Assembly (NCBI GenBank): GCA_963766715.1 | Contig: CAVYBH010000015.1 | Coordinates: 32,001 to 96,000 of the forward strand | DNA from: an uncultured delta proteobacterium | Lineage (GTDB): Bacteria; Myxococcota; Myxococcia; Myxococcales; Anaeromyxobacteraceae | Direction: 5' to 3' | DNA length: 64,000 nucleotides | Notes under the pieces: model-generated | The model's input: the letters and a program-made list of their open reading frames with translations, nothing else | Databases searched by the model: none | What the model was told of the DNA's origin: nothing | Program-made: the position numbers and the translations under genes | Part shown: positions 53,372 through 64,000 of the stretch, in pieces | How the letters are laid out: each line of letters opens with the position of its first letter | Numbering within the stretch: the stretch's first letter is position 1

Positions 53372-55021
53372 TCAGGCCGCGCGCGGGCTGGTCGAGCGTG
53401 CGGCCGGGGAAGACCCGGGGGACGACGAGTCGACCGTGGTCGAGCACCGCCTCGCCGTGGATCCAGACCACGTCGATCCCGTCGGGCCGGACGAGCGGCG
53501 ACGCGTAGTCGTTCCGCTCCCGCACCCGCTCCGGGTCGAAGAGCACGAGCGACGCGTCGGCGCCCGGGCGCAGCGTGGGGTCGGGCAGCCGCAGGAAGCG
53601 GCACGGGAGCGTCGACATCCGCCACACCATCTGCTCGAGGGGAATGCCCATCTCCCGGGCCATGCGCAGCGCCTTCGGGAAGGCGCCGAGGGCGCGGGGG
53701 TGCGGCTTCTGCCCCGGCCCGGGCATGAGGCCGTCGGTGCAGATGGCCATGGTGGGGCGGCGGAAGAATCGCTCCACCGTGGCCTCGTTCCCGTAGTGGG
53801 TGATGATGGCGACCTCGCCCTCGTTCTCGAGGAAGAAGTCGAACACCGCCTCGAAGGCCGCGATCGGAGTCGAGGTCGGTCGCGCCGGCCGCCCGCGCCA
53901 CGTCGCCGAGCCGCTTGCCGAGCCAGGAGTCGCCCACCCCGGCCTTCACGCCGGCGATCTGGATCCCCTGCAGGCCCGCCGCAGAAGTGGACGAAGTTGT
54001 CCCAGCTGGTGGTGTCGTGGCGCATCCGGTCGGCGATGCGCCGCCGCCACTCCGGGTCGTCCAGCCGGGCCAGGAACTCGGCGCGGGCGCCGGCTCGCGC
54101 TTCCGGGGGGAAGATGGCGTCCCCGGTCGTGGAACCGGCCGTGTAGGGGTACATGTTCTCCATCGTGGGGATGGAGGCGGCGGCGTCGGCGAGCATGTCC
54201 TCGAGCTCGCCGATGCGATCGTAGTTCGTGGCGCCGGCGATCTTGGAGTGCTCGTTGCAGTACGCGCCGCCCCCGTCGATGGCCGCCTCGAGCACCTCCT
54301 TCAGGCTGCCCACGATGGCGTCGCTCTCGGAGCGCAGGTGGGGGAAGAGCGCGCCCGGCTTCACCTGGTTGAAGGCGCGGACGAGCGCGGTGAGCTCGCG
54401 CTGGTCCGAGTAGACGGCGGGGTTGTAGACGAGGCCGGTGGAGAGCCCCAGCGTGGCCGGCGCCTCCCGCCGGACCACCTCCGCCATGGCCGCCACCTCG
54501 CCGTCGCTGGCGACGCGGGCCAGGTTCTCCATCACCACCCGCCGCACCGCCGAGTGGCCCAGGTAGAGCCCCATGTCGGTGACCGAACGGCCGCGGTGCC
54601 AGGCCAGGAACTCGGCCACCGACGACCAGGACCAGGGCCCGTCGATGGCGCCGTCGAGCGGCCGGAGCTGGGCGGCGTACTGGGAGCGCTGGGCCTCGAC
54701 GACCGGCGCGGGGGACAGGCCGTCCACGCCGCAGATGCGCTTCGTCACCCCGCCCAGGATGGCGAGCTCGCAGGCCCGGGGAAGGCCGCTCTCGCCCGGC
54801 GCCGTGCCGCCCAGCGCACCGTGGTTGTGGGTGTCGACGAAGCCGGGCGCGATCACCCGCCCCTTCGCCTCCACCACCCGGTCGGCCGACGCGGCGTCCG
54901 AGCGGGGCACGGAGCCCATCCGGACGATGACGTCGCCGTCCACCAGCACGTCGCCCGCGACCGGCGGGCTCGCGCCGTCGCCGTTCACGATGCGTGCGTC
55001 GCGGACGAGCCAGCGGCTCAC
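53372..55021 (-). CDS. N-acyl-D-amino-acid deacylase-like amidohydrolase; frameshifts
   Basis: IAPGFVDTHNH, GHSAVR, GLSTGLVY, HLRSE, YPYTAGST, CTDG, PHPRALGAFP, GADASLVLFDP. Confidence 0.85.
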   Translation of the reverse strand: MSRWLVRDARIVNGDGASPPVAGDVLVDGDVIVRMGSVPRSDAASADRVVEAKGRVIAPGFVDTHNHGALGGTAPGESGLPRACELAILGGVTKRICGVDGLSPAPVVEAQRSQYAAQLRPLDGAIDGPWSWSSVAEFLAWHRGRSVTDMGLYLGHSAVRRVVMENLARVASDGEVAAMAEVVRREAPATLGLSTGLVYNPAVYSDQRELTALVRAFNQVKPGALFPHLRSESDAIVGSLKEVLEAAIDGGGAYCNEHSKIAGATNYDRIGELEDMLADAAASIPTMENMYPYTAGSTTGDAIFPPEARAGARAEFLARLDDPEWRRRIADRMRHDTTSWDNFVHFCGGPAGDPDRRREGRGGRLLARQAARRRGAGGRRDRPRLRSRPSRRCSTSSSRTRARSPSSPTTGTRPRWSDSSAAPPWPSAPTASCPGRGRSRTPAPSAPSRRRCAWPGRWAFPSSRWCGGCRRSRAASCGCPTPRCARAPTRRSCSSTRSGCGSGTTTRRRSSGPTGSTWSGSTARRCSTTVDSSSPGSSPAARSTSPRAA

Positions 55022-56250
55022 TCGGCGAGCTCGCGCACCAGCCGCAGGAGGACGTCGCCTCCGGCCTGGATGTCCTGGGGCGAGGTGAACTCCTCGACGT
55101 TGTGGCTCACGCCCCGGACGCTGGGGACGAAGATCATGCAGGACGGGCAGATGGCCGCCAGGATCTGCGCGTCGTGGCCGGCGCCGGAGGGCAGCCGCCG
55201 GACCTTGTGACCGAGCTCGCGGGCGATGGCCTCGACGCGGGCGACCAGCTCGGGCGCGAAGGCGACCGGCTCGAAGCGGGCCAGCGAGCGGCGGGAGATC
55301 CCCACGCCCTCGGCGGCGGCCGCCTCCTCGGCGAACGCGAAGACGCGCCGCTCGGCGTCCTTCAGGAGCGCCTCGTCGGTGTTGCGGAGGTCCACCGTCA
55401 TGACCACCCGGCTCGCCACCACGTTGACCAGGTTCGGGAACATCGTGAGCGCGCCCACCGTGGCCACCTGGTGGCCGCCCATCTCCTTCGCCACCCGCCG
55501 CGCGAAGGTGGCGATCTCGGCCGCCACCAGCCCGGCGTCGTGGCGCAGCCGCATGGGCGTGGTGCCGGCGTGGTTCGACTGGCCGGTGAGGGTGACCTCG
55601 GTCCAGGAGATGCCCTGCACCCCCTCCACCGCACCGATGGTGAAGCCCTCGGCCTCCAGCACCGGGCCCTGCTCGACGTGGAGCTCCACGTAGGCGTGGA
55701 CGCCCCCCTTCGCCCCCACCGGCGCGGTCCCGGCGTAGCCGATCCGGGCCAGGTCGGCGCCCACGGTCGTGCCGTCGATCCCCACCGTGGCGAGCGCCTT
55801 CTCGAGCGGGAGCGCGCCCGCGTAGACGAGGCTCCCCATCATGTCGGGCTGGAAGCGGCTGCCCTCCTCGTTGGTGAAGAAGGCCACCGCCAGCGGGCGC
55901 CGGGTGACGATCTTCGCGTCCTCGAGCCTCGCGATCACCTCGAGCCCGGCGAGGACGCCCAGGTTGCCGTCGTAGCGCCCCCCGGTCCGCACCGTGTCGA
56001 TGTGGCTGCCCATCATCACGGGAGGCCCGCCCTCGCGCCCCTTGCGGACGCCGACGACGTTCCCGATGCCGTCGACCGTCACCGCGAGCCCGAGCTCGCG
56101 CATCCAGCCGGTGACGAGGTCGCGACCCTGCCTGTCCGCGTCGGTGAGCGCGAGCCGCGCGACCCCGCCGCCGGGGATGGCGCCCACCTGCCCGAGTGCG
56201 GCGATCCGCCTCGAGAGCCGCTCGCCGTCGATCCGAAGGTCGTCCTTCAC
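55018..56250 (-). CDS. Zn-dependent M20 hydrolase (N-carbamoyl-amino-acid amidohydrolase / allantoate amidohydrolase family)
   Basis: GSHIDTV..GGRYDGNLGVLAGLE, NEEGSRF, ELHVEQGPVLE, GQSNHAGTTPM, SGAGHDAQ, GVSHNVEE. Confidence 0.94.
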   Translation of the reverse strand: MKDDLRIDGERLSRRIAALGQVGAIPGGGVARLALTDADRQGRDLVTGWMRELGLAVTVDGIGNVVGVRKGREGGPPVMMGSHIDTVRTGGRYDGNLGVLAGLEVIARLEDAKIVTRRPLAVAFFTNEEGSRFQPDMMGSLVYAGALPLEKALATVGIDGTTVGADLARIGYAGTAPVGAKGGVHAYVELHVEQGPVLEAEGFTIGAVEGVQGISWTEVTLTGQSNHAGTTPMRLRHDAGLVAAEIATFARRVAKEMGGHQVATVGALTMFPNLVNVVASRVVMTVDLRNTDEALLKDAERRVFAFAEEAAAAEGVGISRRSLARFEPVAFAPELVARVEAIARELGHKVRRLPSGAGHDAQILAAICPSCMIFVPSVRGVSHNVEEFTSPQDIQAGGDVLLRLVRELAE

Positions 56251-56269
56251 GTGGCCTCCCTCCCGCCCG

Positions 56270-58920
56270 TCAGTGCCACTCTCCCCGCTCCGCGTCGGGG
56301 AGCCGTCCCACGTTGATGGCCCGCGCTGCGGGCGAGTCCTTCATGGGCAGGCGCGTGCGGCGAACGCCGTCGAAGGCCTGCAGCGCCCCGGCCACCGCGC
56401 CGGCGGTGGGAACGAGGCCGATCTCGCCGACCCCCTTCGCGCCGAACGGACCCTCCGGCTCGGGATCCTCGACCAGGATGACCTCGACCGCCGGCATGTG
56501 CTGGGCGCGCAGGACGCCGATGTCGCGCAGCCGGAAGGTCACCGGCATGCCGTCCTTGCAGGGAAGCTCCTCGGTGAGCGCGTAGCCGAGCCCCATGTGC
56601 ACCGAGCCCTCGATCTGGGCCTCGCACTGCTGGGGGTTGATGGCGCGCCCGACGTCGTGCGCCGCGATGACCCGCTCGAGCTTGCCCGCGCCGTCGAGGA
56701 CCACCACCTGGGTGGCCCAGCCGAACGAGGTGTGGGTCTTGATCTTCCCGTTCTTCGTCTGGCCCGGCGCGGTGGTGTCGTCGATGACGATCTCGCCGCC
56801 GTACTCCCGCCCGGCGAGGTCGGCGAGCGACCTCCCCTGGTCGAGGTCGGCGCGCAGCTTCTTCGCGGCCTCGAGCGCGCCCGCGCCCGGCCAGCAGCGT
56901 GGCGCGCGAGCCGGTGGTCTGGCCGGCCCCGAGCTCGAAGCGGCTGTCGACGCGCGGCACGAAGGTTCCGGCCGGCAGCCCCGTCACCTCGGCGGCGACC
57001 TGGGCCAGGATGGTGAGGAGCCCCTGCCCCATCTCGGTGAAGCCGGCGTAGAGGCCGACCTTGCCGCCGGCCTCCACCACGAGCCGGCACTTCCCGGACT
57101 CGACGGCGCCGTTGCCGATGCCCGAGTTCTTCACGCCGCAGGCGATGCCCACGGCGCGCCCCTGCTTGCGGGCCGCGTAGTAGGCGTCCTTCACGGCCAG
57201 CAGCGTCTTCTCGAGCCCCACCGACTTCTCGAGCACCTGCCCGGTGGTGAAGGTGTCTCCCACGCGCAGGCCGTTGCGGAACCGCATCTCCCAGCCGTCG
57301 ATGCCCACCTTCGCGGCCAGGAGGTCGATGCACCCCTCCATGGCGAAGCTGGTCTGGTTCACGCCGAAGCCGCGCATGGCGCCGCAGGGCGGGTTGTTGG
57401 TGTAGGCCGCGATGGCGTCGACCTTCACTGCGGGTACGCGGTAGGGGCCGCAGGCGTGGCCGGCCGCCCGCTCGAGCACCTTGCCGCCCACCGACGCGTA
57501 GGCGCCCGAATCCCCGAGCAGGTCGATCCGTGCCGCGGTGAGCCGGCCCTCGGCGTCGCACCCCACCGTGTAGCTCATGGTGATGGGGTGGCGCTTCGGG
57601 TGCATCCGGATCGACTGCTCCCGGGTGAGGACGAGGCGCACCGGCCGGCCCGTCAGCCGCGCGAGCAGCGCGGTCTGGGCCTGGATGCTCATGTCCTCCT
57701 TGCCGCCGAAGGCGCCGCCGTTCGGGACGAGCTCGGCGAAGACCTTCTCCTCCGGCTCGCCGAGCACCGACGCCACCTGGCGGCGGTCGTCGAAGATCCC
57801 CTGCCCCTGCGTGTAGAGGTGGAGCCGCCCGTCCGGCATGGGGACCGCGAGCGCGGCCTCCGGCTCGAGGAAGAGGTGCTCGATGCGCTGGGTGGCCCAC
57901 TTGCCGGTGACCACGTGGGCGGAGGCGGCCAGCGCCGCGTCCACGTCGCCGCGCTCGATCTGGGTCGTGGAGAGCACGTTCGCGTGCCGGGGGTTCACCT
58001 GCGGCGCGCCGGGCTTGATCGACTCGGCCGGGTCGAGCACGGCCGGCAGGAGCTGGTACTCCACCTCGACGAGCGCAGCCGCCTCCCGCGCGATGCGGGG
58101 GCTCTCGGCGGCGACGGCGGCGAGCACGTCGCCCACCGCGCGCACCTCCTCGCCCTCGGCCACGAGCACCGGCCAGTCCTTGTAGATGAGGCCCACCCAG
58201 CGGTCGCCCGGCACGTCGCGGGCGGTCGCCACCCGGACCACGCCCGGCAGCGCGCGCGCGCGGGTGGTGTCGATGCGGATCACGCGGGCCCGGGCGTGCG
58301 GGGAGAGGGCCACCGCGCCGTGGAGCATCCCCGGGGACGTCCATGTCGGCGACGAACGGCCGGTCGCCCAGCGCCAGCTCGCCGCCCTGGTAGCGGACCA
58401 GCCGCGCGCCCACGCCGCCGTCGGTGACGAGCTCGGGCATCGAGCCGCCGCGCTTCGCCGACTGGATGAGCAGGACGGCGTCGACGATCTTCACGTAGCC
58501 GGTGCAGCGGCAGAGGTGGCCGTCGAGCCCCTTCGCGATCTCGTCGCGGCCGAGCACCTTGTCCTGGTCGGTGAGCCACTTGATGCGAAGCGTCAACCCG
58601 GGCGTGCAGAACCCGCACTGCAGCCCCGCCGCCACCTGGAAGGCCCGGGCGTAGAGCTGCCGCTCCGCCTCGGCGACGCCTTCCAGCGTCAGGACGGTCT
58701 TTCCCTCGACCTTCTCGGCCGGGACCGAGCAGGAGGTCTTGGGCTTCCCGTCGACGAGCGCCAGGCAGCAGCCGCACTGGCCCTGGGGCGCGCAGGCGTC
58801 CTTGGGGGAGGTGATCTTGAAGGTCTCGCGGAGCAACTCGAGCAGGGACTGCCCGGGGAGGACCTCGGCCTGCCTGGTCTCGCCATTCAGCTGGAAGGAG
58901 ATGGTTTTCAAGAACGACAT
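56270..58920 (-). CDS. xdh: Single-chain 2x[2Fe-2S] + Mo hydroxylase of selenium-dependent xanthine dehydrogenase type; frameshifts at ~58330 and ~56885
   Basis: CAPQGQCGCC, QCGFCTPG, HLCRCTGY; QRIEHLFLEPE, GGAFGGKED, HPKRHP, GAMRGFG, EMGQG, GQTTGSR, AKGVGEIG; no FAD domain. Confidence 0.85.
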
Positions 58921-59000
58921 TCTATTCCTTTGGCTCCCTCGACGCCCGCCCGGAAATCGGGGAGAAGGAAGGGCATGTCCTCCGGAGAGGCGAGCTAGCC

Positions 59001-61069
59001 ATGGAACTCATCCCGGTCCCGTTCGGCGTCCTCGCCACCCGCCTGCACCGCGAGCTTTCCGGGAGGCAGGCGGCCTTCGACCTGCCCGCCCGGCAGTTCG
59101 TCCTCGGCGACGCGGCCCGGGACCTGTCGGTGTCCATCCACGGCCACCGGGCCTCGAGCCCGCTCGGCCCCGCGGCGGGCCCGCACACCCAGCTGGCGCA
59201 GAACATCGTCCTGTCCTGGCTGGCCGGCTGCCGGGTCATGGAGCTGAAGACCGTCCAGGTGAAGGACGACCTCGTCATCCCCCGGCCCTGCATCGACATG
59301 CAGACGGTGGGCTTCAACGTCGAGTGGTCGCAGGAGCTGCGGCTCGAGCAGTCGCTCGAGGAGTACGTGAAGGCCTCGATGCTCATCGAGCTCCTGAAGG
59401 CCTCCGGCCTGCTCCCGGGAATGGCGCCCGGGCTTCGGGGACACCGTCTTCGACATGAGCGTCGGCTACGACCTGGCCGGCATCCGGTCGCAGCGGGTGC
59501 AGGCCTTCGTGGCCGGCCTGCTCGACGCGGGGCCCATCGTCGAGCGGCTGCGCGCCCAGATTCCCGCCGAGTGGGCGCACCTGCGCGACCTCCCGTTCCA
59601 GACCCGCATCTCCGACACGCTGACCCTCTCCACCTTCCACGGCTGCCCCCCCGAGGAGATCGAGGGCATCAGCGCCTACCTCCTGCGCGAGCTGGGCCTG
59701 CACGTGGTGGTGAAGCTGAACCCCACGCTGCTCGGCAAGGACGAGCTCCACGCCATCCTCCACGAGCGCCTGGGCTACGACGCGCTCCACGTCCCCGACG
59801 CCGCCTTCGAGAAGGACGCGAAGTGGGAGCAGGTGGTGGGGTTCGTCGAGCGGCTGGGCGCGCTCGCGGTCGAGCAGGATCGCGGCTTCGGCGTGAAGTT
59901 CACGAACACGCTGATCGTGAAGAACCACAAGACCTTCTTCCCGGCCACCGAGAAGGAGATGTACCTCTCCGGCCCGCCCCTGCACGTGCTCGCGATGGCG
60001 CTGGTGCGCCGGTTCCGCGGCGCGTTCGGCGACCGCTACCCGATCTCCTTCTCCGCGGGGATCGAGGCCGCCAACTTCGCCGACGCCACGGCGCTGGGGC
60101 TCCGGCCGGTGAGCGTCTGCACCGACCTCCTGCGCGCGGGCGGCTACGGCCGCGCCCGCCACTACTTCTCCGACCTGCTGCGCCGCATGGACGCGGTGGG
60201 CGCGACCGACGTCGACGGCTTCTCGCTGCGCGCCTACGGCCACGGCGAGGCGGCGCTCGCGACGCTCGGGCTCCCCCCGGAGACGGCCGCGGCCTGTCGC
60301 GCGGCGCTGCAGGAGAAGGGCGACCTCCGGGCGGCGGCGGGCGGGGCCTTCGAGGCCTGGGTCTCCGCGGCGCGGCTCCTCGACACCGAGACCTACGTGG
60401 AGCGCGTGCTCCAGGATCCCCGCTACGCGGCGGCGAGGAACGCCACCCCGCCGAAGAAGGTCGGCTCGTCGCTCACCCTCTTCGACTGCCTCACCTGCGA
60501 CAAGTGCATCCCGGTCTGCCCGAACGACGCCAACTTCGCGCTCGCCATGCCGAAGGGCGCGGTGGTCCTGGAGCGGCTCGTCCCCGGCGCGAAGGGGTTC
60601 ACGCTGGAGGCCGCCGGGGCCACCCCGGTCGAGAAGCCCCACCAGATCGCCAACTTCGCCGACGCCTGCAACGAGTGCGGCCACTGCGACGTGATGTGCC
60701 CGGAGGACGGCGGCCCGTACGTGGTGAAGCCCCGCTTCTTCGGCAGCGTGGAGGCCTGGTCGGCGGCGCCGGCCCGGGACGGCTTCGCGCTCGAGCCGAT
60801 GGACGGCGGCATCCGGATGCACGGCCGCTTCGGCGAGCAGACCTTCGTCGTCGAGAGCGGGAACGGGCTCGCTGCGCTACCAGGGGAAAGACTTTGACCT
60901 CCGGCTCGACGCCGCCGACCCGGTGGGGACCGCCCAGGGACGGGCGACCGGCCCGGTCGACCTGGGATTCCTCAGGATCATGGAGCGGCTGCGCGAGGCG
61001 GTGACCGCTCCCGAGGCCGTGAACTACGTGAGCGCGGCGCTCCCTCGCGCCGGAACGAAGGTAAGCTGA
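59001..61069 (+). CDS. ygfK: YgfK-like oxidoreductase, short form (N-terminal barrel plus 2x[4Fe-4S]); frameshifts at ~59435 and ~60870
   Basis: GPAAGPHTQLAQNIV.SWL.G....ELKTVQ, FNVEWS, MSVGY, TLSTFHGCPPEEIE, VKLNPTLLG, FGVKFTNTL, TDLLR.GGY; CLTCDKCIPVCPN, CNECGHCDVMCP. Confidence 0.85.
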
Positions 61070-61075
61070 GTCGAC

Positions 61076-62493
61076 ATGTCCCCGGGCATCCGCTTCATCC
61101 TCGACGGCCAGGTGCGTGAGCTCGATCACGTCGACCCCACCTTGACCGTGCTCGACTGGCTCCGCGGGCCCGGAGCGCCGGTGCGGGTCGAAGGAAGGCT
61201 GCCGCGAGGGGGACTGCGGCGCCTGCACGGTGGTGCTCGCCGAGCTGCACCGCGGCGAGCTCCGCTACCGGGCGGTGAACGCCTGCATCCTCTTCGTCCC
61301 GGCGCTCGACGGGAAGGCGCTGCTCACGGTGGAGAGCCTGGCCGCCGCCGGGCGAGACGCTCCACCCGGTGCAGAAGGCCATGGTCGACTGCCACGCCTC
61401 CCAGTGCGGCTTCTGCACGCCGGGGTTCGTGATGTCGCTCGTCGCGCTGTACGAGAGCGAGCCGGCGCCGACCCGCACCCGGATCGACGAGGTCCTGGCG
61501 GGGAACCTGTGCCGCTGCACGGGCTACCGGCCCATCGTGGAGGCGGCCGGGCAGGCCTGCCAGGACGGGGGCCGGTCGCGCCTCGCCGAGCACCAGGCGG
61601 CGCTCGCGGCCCAGCTCCGCGGCATCGCCCGCGAGGGCACGCTCGAGCTCGAGCACGAGGGGCGGCGCCTCCTCGCCCCGCGCACGGCCGACGCGCTCGC
61701 CGAGATCGTGCTGCGCCACCCGGGCGCGCACCTGCTCGCCGGCGGCACCGACGTCGGCCTCTGGGTCACCAAGCAGCACCGCCAGCTCGACGCGCTCGTC
61801 TACCTGGGAGCGGTCGAGGAGCTCGCCTCGGTCACCGACACGGGGACGCACGTGGAGGTCGGCGCCGCGGCCACCTACACCGACGCGCTCGCCGTCCTGT
61901 CCGGACGGATCCCGGCGCTGGCGGCGCTCGTGCGGCGCATCGGGTCCCAGCAGATCCGCAACGCGGGCACGCTCGTCGGAAACGTCGCGAACGCTTCGCC
62001 CATCGGGGACACGCTGCCGGCGCTGCTCGCGCTCGGGTCCTCGGTGGTGCTCCGGCACGGCGACGACCGCCGCGAGATCCCCCTCGACGCCTTCTTCCTC
62101 GACTACCGCAAGACCGCGCTCCGGCCCGGCGAGTTCATCGAGCGCGTCCGCATCCCGGTGCCGGAGGCGGGCGTTCGCTTCGGGACCTACAAGGTCTCGA
62201 AGCGGTTCGACCAGGACATCTCGGCCGTCTGCGGCGCCTTCGCCGTGCGGCTGGAGAAGGGGCAGGTGAAGGACGCGCGGCTCTGCTACGGGGGAATGGC
62301 GGCCATCCCGAAGCGCGCGCGCGCCTGCGAGGAGGCGCTTCGCGGCAAGCCCTGGACCGAGGAGACCATCGCGTCGGTCCTCCCGCTCCTCGACGGCGAG
62401 TTCCGCCCGCTCTCCGACATGCGGGCGAGCGCCGCCTACCGCACGCGGGTCGCCCGCAACCTGCTTCGCAAGTTCCAGGCGGAGGCCACGTGA
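61076..62493 (+). CDS. xdhA: Xanthine dehydrogenase small subunit (2Fe-2S + FAD); frameshifts near 61170 and 61345
   Basis: SKEGCREGDCGACTV, SQCGFCTPGF, GNLCRCTGYRPI, AGGTDVGLWVTK, QIRNAGT..N.ANASPIGD, YKVSKRFDQDISAV. Confidence 0.94.
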
Positions 62494-64000
62494 AGCGCCC
62501 CCGTCGAGCGCGCCCGGCCGTCCACGCGCCGCTGCCCCACGACAGCGCCGAGCGCCACGTCCGCGGCGAGGCCCTCTACGTCGACGACATCCCCGAGCCG
62601 GCGGGCCTCCTGCACGCCTACGTCCGCCTGAGCGAGCGCGCCCACGCGCGGATCACCCGGCTCGAGGTGGGGGCCGCGGCCGCGTCGCCCGGGGTCGCGG
62701 CGGTGATGACCGCCCGGGATCTCCCGGCCGGCAACGACGTCGGCCCGGTGCTTCCGGGCGATCCCATCTTCGCCGACGGCCTCGTCGAGTACTTCGGGCA
62801 GTCGATCTTCGCGGTGGCGGCCGACACGCAGGAGAACGCCCGCCGGGCCGCCCATCGCGCCGAGATCGCCTACGAGGACCTCCCCGCCATCCTCACCGTC
62901 GAGGAGGCGCTGGCGAGGAAGTCCTTCGTGCTCCCCACCGAGGTGCTGCGCCGCGGGAAGCCGGAGGCCGCGCTGGCCCGCGCCCCGCGCCGGCTCGCCG
63001 GGCGGCTCCACATCGGCGGCCAGGATCACTTCTACCTCGAGGGGCAGATCGCGATGGCGGTGCCGCGCGAGGGGGGAGACCTGCTCGTCCACAGCTCGAC
63101 GCAGCACCCCACCGAGGTGCAGCACCTGGTCGCGAAGACCCTGGGCAAGCCGGACAGCCACGTCACCGTCGAGGTCCGCCGGCTGGGCGGGGCCTTCGGC
63201 GGCAAGGAGACCCAGGCGGCGCTCATCGCCTGCATCGCGGCGCTGCTGGCCCAGCGCACCGGCCGCCCGGTGAAGCTGCGGCTCGACCGCGACGACGACA
63301 TGCTGCTCACCGGCAAGCGGCACGACTTCGTCGTCGACTTCGACGTGGGCCACGACGACGCGGGGCGCATCCTCGGCCTCGAGCTCGTGCTGGCCTCGCG
63401 CTGCGGGATCTCGCCCGACCTCTCCGGCGCGGTGAACGACCGCGCCATGCTCACGGCCGACAACTGCTACTGGCTGCCGGACGTCTCCATCACGTCGCAC
63501 CGCTGCAGGACGAACACCGTCTCCAACACCGCCTTCCGGGGCTTCGGCGGCCCGCAGGGGATGATGGCGATCGAGTGGGTGGTCGACGAGGTGGCCCGGG
63601 CGCTCGGCAAGGACCCGCTCGAGGTCCGCAAGCGCAACCTCTACGGGACGACGACGCGCAACACCACGCCCTACGGGATGAAGCTCCACGAGAACCCGAT
63701 GCCGGGGATCATCCGGGCGCTCGAGAAGAGCGCCGGCTACGCCGCCCGGCGCCGGTCGGTGGACGCCTTCAACCGCCAGAGCCCCTTCGCGCGGCGCGGC
63801 CTCGCGCTCACCCCGGTCAAGTTCGGCATCTCCTTCACGGCCACGCAGATGAACCAGGCCGGCGCGCTGGTCCACGTCTACACCGACGGCAGCGTCCAGC
63901 TCACCCACGGCGGGATCGAGATGGGCCAGGGACTGTACGTGAAGGTCGCCCAGGTGGTGGCGGACGAGCTGGGGGTGGGGCTCGACCAGGTCCGCATCAT
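62490..64000 (+). CDS. xdhB: Xanthine dehydrogenase molybdopterin-binding subunit, 3'-partial
   Basis: GTGA overlap with xdhA; PHDSAERHVRGEALYVDD, GGQDHFYLEGQ, STQHPTEVQ, RRLGGAFGGKETQ, TGKRH, TAFRGFGGPQG, PVKFGISF, GIEMGQG. Confidence 0.96.
   Translation, partial: MKRPRRARPAVHAPLPHDSAERHVRGEALYVDDIPEPAGLLHAYVRLSERAHARITRLEVGAAAASPGVAAVMTARDLPAGNDVGPVLPGDPIFADGLVEYFGQSIFAVAADTQENARRAAHRAEIAYEDLPAILTVEEALARKSFVLPTEVLRRGKPEAALARAPRRLAGRLHIGGQDHFYLEGQIAMAVPREGGDLLVHSSTQHPTEVQHLVAKTLGKPDSHVTVEVRRLGGAFGGKETQAALIACIAALLAQRTGRPVKLRLDRDDDMLLTGKRHDFVVDFDVGHDDAGRILGLELVLASRCGISPDLSGAVNDRAMLTADNCYWLPDVSITSHRCRTNTVSNTAFRGFGGPQGMMAIEWVVDEVARALGKDPLEVRKRNLYGTTTRNTTPYGMKLHENPMPGIIRALEKSAGYAARRRSVDAFNRQSPFARRGLALTPVKFGISFTATQMNQAGALVHVYTDGSVQLTHGGIEMGQGLYVKVAQVVADELGVGLDQVRI

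Overview
High-GC bacterial chromosomal segment with about 57 CDSs. An Anaeromyxobacter/Myxococcota-like origin is inferred from GC bias, codon style and gene content. I found no rRNA, tRNA, CRISPR array or recognisable mobile element. Many genes carry single-base frameshifts (densest at ~16.4-17.5 kb and ~19.4-23.8 kb) that look like uncorrected long-read indels; several fall in or beside GATC. Content: (1) stress and repair genes (two Usp, MsrA, OsmC, Pcm, HPF, non-heme haloperoxidase, and Ku-LigD with a MerR-HTH/TPR gene); (2) a secreted/lipoprotein cassette around an S8 protease (10.9-16.3 kb); (3) a yhiI-rbbA-yhhJ ABC system; (4) a coupled diguanylate cyclase/phosphodiesterase pair; (5) a DUF485-ActP fusion beside a cNMP-CBS-DUF294 gene; (6) a purine-catabolism cluster running from 47.8 kb past the window end (selenium-dependent-type Mo hydroxylase, internally shortened YgfK, SsnA-like, dihydropyrimidinase, carbamoylase, D-aminoacylase-like, two fold-II PLP enzymes, XdhAB). 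The best candidates for undescribed biology are a variant reductive purine pathway with a YgfK lacking its NAD(P)H/FAD module, an S8 protease whose C-terminal tail may complete the FN3 fold of an adjacent lipoprotein and which sits next to a stand-alone prodomain lipoprotein, and a MerR-HTH/TPR protein encoded with Ku. All family assignments come from motif recognition by eye; no database searches were run.
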